Positions 40,377-50,250 of a DNA stretch of 64,000 bases are shown piece after piece. The position numbers and the translations under genes were made by a program. The notes beneath the pieces are model-generated. The model had not been told where the DNA came from. It saw only the letters and a program-made list of their open reading frames with translations, and did not search any database. Location of the stretch: NCBI GenBank assembly GCA_963674755.2, contig CAXXVS010000002.1, forward strand, positions 1,888,001-1,952,000, read 5' to 3'. How positions within the stretch are numbered: the first letter of the stretch is position 1; every line of letters starts with the position of its first letter. The DNA is from Desulfobacterales bacterium (GTDB lineage Bacteria; Desulfobacterota; Desulfobacteria; Desulfobacterales; UBA5852).

Positions 40377-41790
40377 GGTGCACCGCCTCCTTTCCTGCGA
40401 TTCGACCAAAAACCGTACCGATGGTCATCCCGAAGCCGGCCATGTAGCCCTGCCCCAGGATGTTGCCCGCCATGATCTCGCCGGCCGCGAAGATGTTCGG
40501 GGACGGGCGGCCGTCCTGGAGCACCACCTGGGCCCGCTCGTTGACGGTCACCCCGAGATAGGTGAAGGTGATCCCCGGTCGCAGGGGATAGCCGTAAAAG
40601 GGCGGCGTATCCAGGGGCCGGGCCCAGTGGCTTTTGGGCGGTGTCAAACCTTCGGTGGCACAGGCGTCCAGCTCCGCCGGATCGAATGCCGCGGGACGCG
40701 TGGCGGCGTTGAAGGCGGCCACGGTTTCTTCCAGAGCGTCCGGATCCAGGGTCAGCTTATCGGCCATCTCCCGGATCGAGGCCGCCTCGATGGGCGGAAA
40801 CACCGAGGGCATGAAGAGCTCGATGGACTTGGCATCGATGATTGAATAGGCGATCTGCTCGGGCTGCTGGGCCACCAGACGCCCCCAGATGGCATAGCGT
40901 TTGGGCCAGAAATCCTCCCCTTCGTCGTAAAAGCGTTCGGCGTTCCGGTTGACGACGATCCCGAAGGAGACGCAGTCCAGCCGCGTCACGATGCCGCCGT
41001 CGAATTTGGGCGCCCGGGCATCGATGGCCACGGCGTGGCATTGTCGGGGGTCGCCCACGGGCCTGGCGCCCTGATCCAGCAGAAGGCGCAGCAGGCGCCC
41101 CTTGTCATAGGGCGTGCCGCGGATGATGAAGTTGTCGGCGGCCTCCCCCCAGGCTTCTTTCAGCCAGTCGATATTGGCCTGGAACCCGCCGGCCGCCACC
41201 ACCACGGCCCGGGCCGTGACAGTCCGGCGAACGCCGTCCTTTTCGACGGTGGCCGAGGTGAAACAGCCATCTTCAATAACAAGGTCCACCACTTCCGCTT
41301 CGTATAAAATAGCGACCCCCAGCCGCCGGGCGTTGGCATAATAGGCGTTCATCAGAGCCTTGCCGCCGCCCAGGAAAAAAGCATTGGTGCGGGAGAGGTG
41401 CAGGGTGCCGCGCATGGAGGGCTGGAACATGCAGCCGTGCCGGACCATCCAGGCGCCCAGATTGTTTGATTCGCGGATGGCGAAACGCGCCAGGTCCTCG
41501 TTCGTCTTGCCGGCGGTGACGCGCATCAGGTCGTCCCAGAATTCTTCCTCGAGATAGGGGCCGGTCAAATGGCTGTTGGCGCTGGTGTGCAGATAGCGCA
41601 GATTGCGCGTATGCCGGCTGTTGCCCCCCCGGAACTCGAAGGGGGCGCTTTCCAGCAGCAGCACGCTGGCTCCGGCTTCCCGTGCGGTCATGGCGGCACA
41701 CAGGGCCGCGTTGCCGCCGCCCACGACGAGCACGTCGTAGGTACGGGAAAGATCGGCGGTGGTTTGACCGGTCGCGGTCATGGCGGTCAC
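40348..41790 (-). CDS. tcuA: FAD-dependent tricarballylate dehydrogenase TcuA
   Basis: GGGNAALCAA, RGGNSRHTRN, NAFFLGGGKAL, DEGEDFWPKRYAIWG. Confidence 0.95.
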   Translation of the reverse strand: MTAMTATGQTTADLSRTYDVLVVGGGNAALCAAMTAREAGASVLLLESAPFEFRGGNSRHTRNLRYLHTSANSHLTGPYLEEEFWDDLMRVTAGKTNEDLARFAIRESNNLGAWMVRHGCMFQPSMRGTLHLSRTNAFFLGGGKALMNAYYANARRLGVAILYEAEVVDLVIEDGCFTSATVEKDGVRRTVTARAVVVAAGGFQANIDWLKEAWGEAADNFIIRGTPYDKGRLLRLLLDQGARPVGDPRQCHAVAIDARAPKFDGGIVTRLDCVSFGIVVNRNAERFYDEGEDFWPKRYAIWGRLVAQQPEQIAYSIIDAKSIELFMPSVFPPIEAASIREMADKLTLDPDALEETVAAFNAATRPAAFDPAELDACATEGLTPPKSHWARPLDTPPFYGYPLRPGITFTYLGVTVNERAQVVLQDGRPSPNIFAAGEIMAGNILGQGYMAGFGMTIGTVFGRIAGKEAVHHVIDNLKGS

Positions 41791-41896
41791 GTTGGGTTCC
41801 TCCTCCTGGTCTATTGGTTGCGTCTATCGATTGCGTCTATGGGCTGCGGCCCCTCCGGCACAGGGCCGGTGGCCTGCCAAAAAAGCAAAAGGCCTC

Positions 41897-41911
41897 TCAA
41901 AATGCGTACCA
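41897..41911 (-). promoter_or_regulatory. Candidate sigma54 promoter (-12 variant) for tcuAB
   Basis: TGGTACGCATTTTGA. Confidence 0.45.
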
Positions 41912-42069
41912 ATTTTGCGATCGGCGCCATAATTCGGCCCCTGTAAGGACAAGGGCGACCATGGCAAGATTTCCCATCGCTATTATAAAACATAACGTTT
42001 CATTTATTGGACACTTTGTGTCAACATCGTGTTCCTCGTGCGGCCACCTCCTTGCCGACCTAACACATT

Positions 42070-43134
42070 TTATGGCCTCGAAGGAAACGGTACCCCAACC
42101 CGCTCGCCCTCGCGCACCAGGGAAGCCACCACGTCCGGTGTCAGCGGAATCCCGGTCGTCCGGCGCACCTGCTCGTTCAGCGCTTCCGGCTCACCCGGCA
42201 TGCGGATCGCGTCGACCCCCGCCGCCCGGGGTTGGGCCTTCACCCGCGCCACAAGGGTTTCCATGCGGGCCTCGAACTGCGCCCGAGGCATGAAGAGGTC
42301 GGCTTTGAAGGCCAGGAAGAAATGCCCCGTTCCCTGGGGACCGTCCAGTCCGGTAAAGGGGTTGCGGGTCTCGCCGCCAAAGGCGGCCCCCGTGAAAACG
42401 CCGCTCAGCACATCCATCAGCATGGAAAGACCGGCCCCCTTGACGCCGCCCATGGGCAGCACGACGCCCTCGAAGGCTTCCGCCCCGTCGGTGGTGGGCC
42501 GGCCGTGCCGGTCCAGGGCGAGCCCCTCCGGGATGGCATCGCCCCGCTGGGCGGCAAACTTCAATTTGCCCCGGGCCACCACCGAGCAGGCCATGTCCAA
42601 CACGAAGGGCGACGCCTGCCCCGCCGGGGCGCCCGCCGCAAACGGGCTGGTGCCCAGGAAGGGCGCCCGGCCGCCCCACACGGGCAGGGCCGGTGAGGCA
42701 TTCGTGAAGGCCAGTCCCACGCAGCCGCCTTCGACCGCCTGGAGGATGTAAAGGGCGGCCATGCCGTAGTGGCCGCTGCGGTTTACCCCGGCCAGGCCCA
42801 GGCCGCACTCTCCGGCAATGGCAATGGCTTCAGCCATGGCCCGGCGTCCCACCACCAGACCGAGACCGTCGTCACCGTCCACCAGGGCCGCGGCCGGGGC
42901 CACGCGGTTAATTTTGATGTCCGGAGTGGGATTGGCGACTCCCCGCCGCAGGCGTTCGCAATACATGGGCACCCGGGCCACACCATGGGAATCGACTCCC
43001 CGCAGATTGGCTTTCACCAGGGCCCGGGCCGCGGTCCGGGCGTCGTGGGCCGACAGGCTGTAGCCGGCAAAGACCTCGGCCAGCCAGGTTTCCAGTTCTT
43101 GCCAGGCCACATTGATCGACTGATCCGGTTGCAC
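42070..43134 (-). CDS. Ldh_2-family (ComC/AllD-like) 2-hydroxyacid dehydrogenase
   Basis: RGVDSHGV, SGHYG, LDMACS, KGAGL; AGGAGG RBS before GTG. Confidence 0.88.
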   Translation of the reverse strand: MQPDQSINVAWQELETWLAEVFAGYSLSAHDARTAARALVKANLRGVDSHGVARVPMYCERLRRGVANPTPDIKINRVAPAAALVDGDDGLGLVVGRRAMAEAIAIAGECGLGLAGVNRSGHYGMAALYILQAVEGGCVGLAFTNASPALPVWGGRAPFLGTSPFAAGAPAGQASPFVLDMACSVVARGKLKFAAQRGDAIPEGLALDRHGRPTTDGAEAFEGVVLPMGGVKGAGLSMLMDVLSGVFTGAAFGGETRNPFTGLDGPQGTGHFFLAFKADLFMPRAQFEARMETLVARVKAQPRAAGVDAIRMPGEPEALNEQVRRTTGIPLTPDVVASLVREGERVGVPFPSRP

Positions 43135-43244
43135 GAACACCTCCTTCCGGGCGTCTTTGCAGGTCAAACGCCCCTGTTGGGCTGCTTGCGAACGCCTGTA
43201 AAGTCTTTTCGCATCCCCGCCGAATCGACGGGAGCGCCCATCCG

Positions 43245-43736
43245 CTATCCGTCACGCGGCAAAAAAAGGTCGGCGGTCCGGGTGTCGGGATCCTCCCGGG
43301 CCGCGACGCCTTCGGGGGCGACTTCCAGAATAGCCACCACGACCTTGATGCCGCAGATCGTTTCATGGGTCAGGTGCCCTCCCATGGTGGCCACCGTATT
43401 CCCCTCCACGAGAGAGGCGGCAAAGTGGGCGTGAATTTCGGCCCCGCCGGCGGCTTGTGGTGCAATCCATCCGGTCAGGGATACCAGTTCCATGGGACGC
43501 GTGATTTCCAGATAAAGGCGGTCCTCGGGTCTGACCGGAAATTGCCGGGGGAAATGTCTCAGGTTCCGGAAGACAGCCTTTTCCAAGGCGCCCAGTCCGG
43601 AAACGATGACCCCGGCCCGGATCTCCTCGCTTTGAACCGCTTCTTCGATGGCGCCCAGCAGGGGCGCCCCCCGTCGGGCGCGAAACTGCACCACCCGCCC
43701 GACGGCCTGACTGCCGATCTGGTCAATCCTTGTCAT
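43245..43736 (-). CDS. PPC-domain (DUF296) protein
   Basis: ELVSLTG, HAH, GGHL. Confidence 0.85.
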   Translation of the reverse strand: MTRIDQIGSQAVGRVVQFRARRGAPLLGAIEEAVQSEEIRAGVIVSGLGALEKAVFRNLRHFPRQFPVRPEDRLYLEITRPMELVSLTGWIAPQAAGGAEIHAHFAASLVEGNTVATMGGHLTHETICGIKVVVAILEVAPEGVAAREDPDTRTADLFLPRDG

Positions 43737-44461
43737 GACGCGCCTCCTCCTCTTCAACTGGTGATGGTATGCCAATGATCAACCGCACCCGCTGGCATGG
43801 CGCAACCGGCAGGCATGGGCAACCTTGAAACGCAAATGTGGAACCGATTGCCTGCGGTTTGCAATAGACGTGCACAGAATGCGCTTGATCCGCTGTGGTA
43901 AATGGAGAAACCGTGCCGTGGGCAACCTGGCGGTTAGCCCGGCTATTTTATGAAAGTTGGGACGCATGCCATTGGCGGTTTGGATTAAAGCGGCAGAAAA
44001 AGAAGGGCGGCCTTTGGGGGAGATAGAGGAGAAATCGAAGCGCGCCTACGACCATGAAACCGTGTGCCTGAAAACGGTCGGGCCCCACTTGCGCGGCCGG
44101 CGCCAGGCATAAAAGGGACGGATCTCAAAGCAGAAAGACCACTTGATTGAAATAGTGCCCCTCCGGAGGTGGTCGATTTTGGTTTCTGGTCCCGCCGCAC
44201 AGCGCGGGATTTCACGCCTGATCTTAAAAACTGCGGTGTTCAACAAAGCCGCAGACGACTGGCGTCCCGCTGGGCGGGACTTCCCATCTGATTGATTTTT
44301 CAACGGTGGGTGCCCACAGGCGTAGCCGGGCTACGCCGAGGACCGACAGGAGGCGAGAACGCCAGCCTGTCCGCCAAAGGTGGATTTGGTCCACCGGCGG
44401 CGGGCCAGGGGCCAGAAGATGCCATTTATGGATGGGCCCTAAATAGCAAATTGGCAAGATG

Positions 44462-46006
44462 TTAAGCGTTGAAACGGTCCCCCGCCCTTCTGCTCTTGCG
44501 GAAAGCCAGGATCATCTGAGCCACGGGCATCACGAGAAATCCCAGGGTCATCAGGTTAATGACCATGGTGACGGGACGCTGCCACAAAAAGGCAATGGAA
44601 CCGTTGTAAATTTCAAGCGAGCGTCTGAGATTGTCCTCCATCAACCCTCCCAGAATGAATCCCAGCAGTATCGGCGCCATGGGGTAGTTCAAGAGCCTCG
44701 CCACCAGGGCGACGGCAGCAATCGCCACCATCATCTCGATATCGAAAGTATTGAAGGTCACCAGGTAGACGCCGATGATCGAGAAGAAAAAGATGCAGGG
44801 GATGAGGATGTTTTTGGGCACGGCCAGGAGACGCGCAAAATAGGGAATCAACGGCAGGTTGAGAATGAGCAGGAACACATTGCCCAAATACATGGACATG
44901 ATGACGGCCCAGAAGACTTCGGGCCGTTCCACGAACATCCGCGGGCCGGGCTCGATGCCGTAGGCGATCAAGGCCCCCAGCATCACGGCCGTGGTTCCGG
45001 AGCCCGGTATCCCCAGAGTCAAAAGCGGAACGAAAGACCCGGAACTCGCCGCATTGTTGCCCGTTTCCGGTGCCGACAAGCCGATGATGCTCCCCTTGCC
45101 GAACTCTTCCCGGTCTTCTTTGGAGGCCAGGTTGCGCTCCATTCCGTAGGAAAGGAACGAGCCCAGCGTGGCCCCGGCGCCGGGCAGGGCCCCGATGAAA
45201 AACCCCAACAGGGAACAGCGGCCCATGGTGGGCAGGATTTTTTTAAACTCTTTTTTGGTAACCTTGAGATCGCTGATGCTGCCGACGTTTTCCGATTTGA
45301 AGACCCCCGTGGTGTCCAGGCGCTTGAGAATCATCAGCAGGCCTTCGGTGAGGGCGAACGTGGCCATGGCCAGCATCAGAAAACTGATGCCGTCGAGCAG
45401 GTCCAGGCTCCCAAAGGTATAGCGCTGGACGCCCGAGGTCTGATCCGTTCCCACGGTGGACAGCATCAACCCGACCACGACCATCAAAACCGCCTTTAAA
45501 AAGCCCCCCTTGCCTGCGAAGGCGGACACCGCCGTGAGCCCCATGACCATCAGGGCGAAATAATCGGATGACTGGAAGCTTTTGGCAACCGAGGCCATCA
45601 TGGGCGCCGCGATCATCAGCAGGATCACGGCCACGGTACCCCCTGTGAAGGAGGAATACGCGGCGATGGCCAGGGCTTTACCCGGCTTGCCCTTTTGGGC
45701 CATGGGGTAGCCGTCGAAGGCGGTTGCCACGGTGGCGGCTTCGCCCGGCGCATTGATCAGGATCGAACATGTGGATCCGCCGAAGATGGCGCCATAATAT
45801 ACGCCGGCCAGCAGTACCATACCGGTGGCGGGATTCAACCCGTAGGTCACGGGAATCATCAACGCCACGGCGGTAATCGGCCCAAGCCCCGGCAGCATGC
45901 CGATAAAGCTGCCGATAAAGCATCCAAAGAGCACCACCACGATATTGACGGGGATCAACGTGGTCTGGATGCCGATCCACATCCCGTCTAGCATGCCTTC
46001 CCACAT
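44462..46006 (-). CDS. tctA: Tripartite tricarboxylate transporter TctA (second system)
   Basis: GMLPGLGP, DGYPMAQKG, APETGNNA, LTLGIPGS. Confidence 0.93.
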   Translation of the reverse strand: MWEGMLDGMWIGIQTTLIPVNIVVVLFGCFIGSFIGMLPGLGPITAVALMIPVTYGLNPATGMVLLAGVYYGAIFGGSTCSILINAPGEAATVATAFDGYPMAQKGKPGKALAIAAYSSFTGGTVAVILLMIAAPMMASVAKSFQSSDYFALMVMGLTAVSAFAGKGGFLKAVLMVVVGLMLSTVGTDQTSGVQRYTFGSLDLLDGISFLMLAMATFALTEGLLMILKRLDTTGVFKSENVGSISDLKVTKKEFKKILPTMGRCSLLGFFIGALPGAGATLGSFLSYGMERNLASKEDREEFGKGSIIGLSAPETGNNAASSGSFVPLLTLGIPGSGTTAVMLGALIAYGIEPGPRMFVERPEVFWAVIMSMYLGNVFLLILNLPLIPYFARLLAVPKNILIPCIFFFSIIGVYLVTFNTFDIEMMVAIAAVALVARLLNYPMAPILLGFILGGLMEDNLRRSLEIYNGSIAFLWQRPVTMVINLMTLGFLVMPVAQMILAFRKSRRAGDRFNA

Positions 46007-46488
46007 TATTTGATCACTCCTATCATGTAGAAAATCTCACCTGGCGCGATGTACATCCCCAGGATGTAGGACATCAGGAAGAACAGCCCGATGACCAGCG
46101 GTACGGAGGCCAATACCATCACTTTGAGGCTTCGCTCACCGAGAATATAAAAACCGGTATTCAAGAAAAGAATCGAGGAGATGATGAACCCCAGCCATTT
46201 CATGATCAGCCCGTAGATGACGGTGATGCCGAGAAACCAGATGGCCCTTTGCCAGTCCAGCCCGGCGAAAACCTCTTTCAGGCTCCGACGGCCTTCCGCT
46301 TCGATGGTCGGCAGCAGAATAATCAAAAGCGATATCACCACGCCGGCAATGCCCAGGGCAAAGGGCATGGTGCGGGCATTGATGACCTCATCCTGCGATA
46401 GAAAGGTCAGGGGAATCGTGAAGGCGCCCAGTCCGTAGGCCACGGAAAAGAGCAGACACAGGAAAGCCCCGATTTTTTCACTGTTCAT
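46006..46488 (-). CDS. tctB: TctB (second system)
   Basis: Small multi-TM protein between tctC and tctA. Confidence 0.82.
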   Translation of the reverse strand: MNSEKIGAFLCLLFSVAYGLGAFTIPLTFLSQDEVINARTMPFALGIAGVVISLLIILLPTIEAEGRRSLKEVFAGLDWQRAIWFLGITVIYGLIMKWLGFIISSILFLNTGFYILGERSLKVMVLASVPLVIGLFFLMSYILGMYIAPGEIFYMIGVIK

Positions 46489-46589
46489 AGGTGTTGCCCC
46501 CGTTGGGCGGGACCGTCGACGACATATTCATGTGCGGCGTGCGACGATCCCGCGTGGCACTAGCAAAAACGATCCATTCCGGACGGGCA

Positions 46590-47588
46590 TTATTTGATGA
46601 ATCCCATGGTCCGCATCAACCCGCCGATCATCTTTTCCTGCTTTTCCAGAAAGGCGTAGAATTCTTTGCCCGGTTTGTAGAGGTTCTGCCAGCCGTGGCT
46701 TTTCCGGATGGCTTCCCATTCCGGGGTTCCATACATCGCTTTCAACATCTGCTCAAAGGCCAGCGCCCGTTCAGCAGGCAGCCCTGGAGCGCCGAAAAAT
46801 CCGCGCCAATTGGCGAAGGTGGCATCGTAGCCCAATTCCGTGAGGGTCGGGACATCCGGTGTGGCGGCCAATCGCTCCTCGGAGGTGACGGCCAGAATGC
46901 GCACCTCGTCCTGCCTGGCCAAACCCACCGCTTCTGAATAGCCCGTGGACAACACCTGGGTATCTCCGGATAAAAGGCCGGCCATGGCTTTTCCACCGGC
47001 ATCATAGGGAACGTATTTGACTTTCAGCGGATCGCCGCCGGCCGCCTGAAAGGCCATCGCGGCCACGATATGGTCCATCCCCCCCTTGACCGATCCACCG
47101 GCAATGCGAACCGATGTGGGATCCTTTTTGAAATCATCCACAACCTGCGTCCAGGTTTGATATTTGGAGTTGCTGGGCACCACAAAGGCCGCATAGTCGG
47201 CGATCACCGATGCAATGGGTGTCAAGTCCCGGAACGACTGGGGGAACACGCCCGTAAGCGAGCGGATGATGATGGGCGTGGAATTGACCATGAGGGTGTC
47301 CTGCTGGCGTTTGGCCGTTGAGATCATGTAGTTGAGGGCCTTGCCGCCGCCACCGCCGGACATGTTCTCAAACGAGGCGTGTTTGATGATACCGGCATCC
47401 ATCAGGGCCTTGCCCACGCCCCGGGCGGTACCGTCCCATCCGCCGCCGGCGCCGCCGGGAATCAGAAAATGCACTTTCTCAGGCCAATCTCCGGCGCCGA
47501 CCGGAACGGCAAACACCATTGCGGCCATCAGGATCACAGCCACCATCCATTTTCCGTGCAAAAGCCATTTTCGGGGAATCGCTTGCAT
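46590..47588 (-). CDS. tctC: TctC substrate-binding protein (second system)
   Basis: PGGAGGGWDGTAR, NMSGGGG, NWRGFFGAPG. Confidence 0.9.
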   Translation of the reverse strand: MQAIPRKWLLHGKWMVAVILMAAMVFAVPVGAGDWPEKVHFLIPGGAGGGWDGTARGVGKALMDAGIIKHASFENMSGGGGGKALNYMISTAKRQQDTLMVNSTPIIIRSLTGVFPQSFRDLTPIASVIADYAAFVVPSNSKYQTWTQVVDDFKKDPTSVRIAGGSVKGGMDHIVAAMAFQAAGGDPLKVKYVPYDAGGKAMAGLLSGDTQVLSTGYSEAVGLARQDEVRILAVTSEERLAATPDVPTLTELGYDATFANWRGFFGAPGLPAERALAFEQMLKAMYGTPEWEAIRKSHGWQNLYKPGKEFYAFLEKQEKMIGGLMRTMGFIK

Positions 47589-47719
47589 TTCATTCCTCCT
47601 TTCGTCACCGCGTTGTTGGGCCGCTGCCACGCAAAGGCAACGGTGCTATCAAAGGCGGGGGGCCCGGCCTAAAAGAGTTGATGGCCGGCCGTTCCGTGTT
47701 GTTAGGGAGGGATCATGGC

Positions 47720-48913
47720 TTACCGGATTTCGATAATGCCGTTTGCAATTAACCCCTCGATCTCGTCGGTCGTGTACCCGCACCGGCGATAAAAATCCCG
47801 GGAGCCCTCTCCGATGCCCGGCGGATGGGATCGGAGATCGAATCCGGAGCCATCGAGCCGCAACGGGATTTTCGGCAGCTTCACCGTTGCCCCTTCGGGG
47901 ATTTTCGTCGTGACCAGGCCGCCGGATTGGTTCAAGTGCGGGTCTTCAAACAAATCCTGGGGGCGATTAACCGGGGCAAAGGGGATGCCGGCCTGCTCGG
48001 CCAGCGCCATCAGCTGTGCTTTGGGGACCCCCCCCAGCCGACGGCGCAGCTCCGGCAAAAACCACTCCTGAGCCTCGATCCGACCCTGGTTGGATGCCAG
48101 CCGGTCATCGGCCGCCCAGTCGGTGAACTGGAAGGTATCGCACATCCGCTTCCAATGCCGATCCGAGGTAATGCCGATGAATACCTGCTCGCCATCCGCC
48201 GTCTGGAAAAGATCGTAGATCGACCAGGCACGGCCCCGCTCGGGCATGGGGGGCGGCGCCTCACCGCTGACCGCGGCTACGGCCATATGCTGCCCCACCA
48301 GGAAGGCCACCGACTCGAAGAGCGAGGCCTGCACCAGTTGACCCCGGCCCGTAAACTCGCGCTGGTATAACGCTGCCAGGATTCCGATCGCACCATAGCT
48401 GCCGCCCAGGATGTCGGTCACCGAAGCCCCTGCCCGCAGCGGCCGGCCGGCTGGTCCGGTCATGTAGGCCAGCCCGCCCATCATCTGAACCACCTCGTCC
48501 AGGGCCGGACGCTGGGCATAAGGACCGGGCATAAAGCCTTTCAGGGAACAGTAAATCAAGCGGGGATTGCAGCGGGAACAGACGTCGTAACCCACCCCGA
48601 GCCGTTCAACCGTGCCGGGACCGAAGTTTTCAACCAGCACGTCAGCCTGGGCCACCAGCTTCAGCAGAAGCTCCCGTCCCTTGTCGGATTTCAAATCGAT
48701 CGCGAGGCTTTTTTTATTGCGGTTGAAACAGGTAAAAAAACCCGAGCCGAACCCCTTGAGCCACCGCGTGTCGTCACCCATGCCGGTGCGCTCGACCTTA
48801 TAGACATCCGCGCCCATGTCGGCCAGCACGAGGCCGCAGGTCGGGCCCATGACCGTATGTCCTAGTTCCAGGACGGTAATGCCCTCCAGCGGCAGGGACT
48901 GCTGGTTTTGCAT
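47720..48913 (-). CDS. CaiB/BaiF family III CoA-transferase
   Basis: LADMGADVYKVE, NRNKKSL, VENFGPG. Confidence 0.92.
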   Translation of the reverse strand: MQNQQSLPLEGITVLELGHTVMGPTCGLVLADMGADVYKVERTGMGDDTRWLKGFGSGFFTCFNRNKKSLAIDLKSDKGRELLLKLVAQADVLVENFGPGTVERLGVGYDVCSRCNPRLIYCSLKGFMPGPYAQRPALDEVVQMMGGLAYMTGPAGRPLRAGASVTDILGGSYGAIGILAALYQREFTGRGQLVQASLFESVAFLVGQHMAVAAVSGEAPPPMPERGRAWSIYDLFQTADGEQVFIGITSDRHWKRMCDTFQFTDWAADDRLASNQGRIEAQEWFLPELRRRLGGVPKAQLMALAEQAGIPFAPVNRPQDLFEDPHLNQSGGLVTTKIPEGATVKLPKIPLRLDGSGFDLRSHPPGIGEGSRDFYRRCGYTTDEIEGLIANGIIEIR

Positions 48914-48996
48914 GCGCCTTCTCCTGTGTGTCGTTTGGATCGTTATGATTGATCTGAGTCCTCCATCAGCGGTAGAGGGCTCAAAGCGATACGAAT

Positions 48997-49012
48997 TGCA
49001 AAGGGGAGGCCA
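48997..49012 (-). promoter_or_regulatory. sigma54 promoter for CoA-transferase/tct operon
   Basis: TGGCCTCCCCTTTGCA (GG-N10-GC). Confidence 0.7.
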
Positions 49013-49110
49013 AACATGCCAAAAGGTTATAACCGACTGTTTAATCAGATAAATTCTGAAAAACCGCATGACCAACAACACTAGAGTGCGCCGAAAATCT
49101 GAAAAAAACA

Positions 49111-49146
49111 GTCCAAAAAAAATGGAACTGTCTGAAAAAATCAGAC
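49111..49146. promoter_or_regulatory. Candidate enhancer (activator-binding palindromes)
   Basis: GTCTGA-AAAAA-TCAGAC and adjacent degenerate copy ~100-130 bp upstream of the -24 element. Confidence 0.55.
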
Positions 49147-49226
49147 CATTCCATCGCCCCGCATTGACCGTCAACACCCGGGGCGGATACGTTGCTTCGT
49201 ATCAAGGAACCTGATATCAAGCTCCC

Positions 49227-50189
49227 ATGATACGTTTGGTTCTATCGGTCATCTGTCTTTGGTGGACCATCGGGGTTTCACCGGCCTGGGGCTACCGGAT
49301 TGCCATTTTCGATTTCGATGACCGACATCCATTCCCCGATGAACTGGGACGCCATATCGAATCCCGCCTCGAAGCCCTGCTGGATGACGCTGTCGTGGAG
49401 CACTTTTGCGGCCGAGGCGATGAAAAACGCGCCGTTCGAATCCTGGTCGGCATCGAACAGCAGGGTTTCGACCTGGCCATCGTTCGCACCTCGGACGCAC
49501 TCATCGTCGCCCAGCACACCCTCTTCAACACCCCGACGCTCTACACCAATGCCAACAATCCTCTGATTCTGGGGTTTCACACCCTGGGGCCGCCCGGCGG
49601 CAACATATCAGGCGTCTCCTATTACATCCCCATCGAAAAGCGCTTGCGTGTCTACCGGGTTCTCCAGCCGTCACTGCAGCACCCCGGCTTCATCTTCGAT
49701 CTCAACAACCAGTCCTGCCACGCCGAAATACCGGAAACCCAGGAGGCCTGCGCCCGGTTAGGGCTGACCTTTGATGTCGAGTTCGTCGAAACGACCGCCC
49801 AGCTCCCCCAGGCCGCCCGGGCCCTCATCGGGCGAGGTGCCGATGCGGTGGTGGCCGCGACCAGCGGGATGATCTATGAAAACATCGATACCTTCATCGA
49901 TGTTACCGATCAGGCCGGCATCCCGATTTATTCGTTTTACAAGACAGGCGTTCAGCAGGGGGCGGTGGCCGCCATGTCCAGCGATTTTTTTCAGATGGCG
50001 GACGAACTTCTGCTGCCCATGGCGGTAAGGGTGTTGCGGGACAAGGTCAGTCCGGGGGACATGCCGGCCGCCTTCCTGGAAAGAAACAAAGTGTTTATCA
50101 ACATCGGCCAGGCCCGCAAACTCCATCTCACCATTCCGGATCGCATCCGCCTCGATACTTCCGATCTCATTATCGAGAAAATTCCCTGA
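49227..50189 (+). CDS. ABC-type periplasmic substrate-binding protein
   Basis: Signal peptide; GGNISGVS, G..P.DMP, INIGQARKLHLTIP pattern. Confidence 0.8.
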   Translation: MIRLVLSVICLWWTIGVSPAWGYRIAIFDFDDRHPFPDELGRHIESRLEALLDDAVVEHFCGRGDEKRAVRILVGIEQQGFDLAIVRTSDALIVAQHTLFNTPTLYTNANNPLILGFHTLGPPGGNISGVSYYIPIEKRLRVYRVLQPSLQHPGFIFDLNNQSCHAEIPETQEACARLGLTFDVEFVETTAQLPQAARALIGRGADAVVAATSGMIYENIDTFIDVTDQAGIPIYSFYKTGVQQGAVAAMSSDFFQMADELLLPMAVRVLRDKVSPGDMPAAFLERNKVFINIGQARKLHLTIPDRIRLDTSDLIIEKIP

Positions 50190-50250
50190 GGTATCGCCGC
50201 GCTGCGCCAGCCCTCCCGCCGGACGGCAAACAATCGGAGGCCGGGGGCCT

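Noticed and set aside
44224..44452. Possible ncRNA downstream of the second tctA
   Set aside because: Contains a GCGTAGCC-GGCTACGC palindrome and MITE-like pieces; no recognisable RNA family, more likely composite repeat debris.
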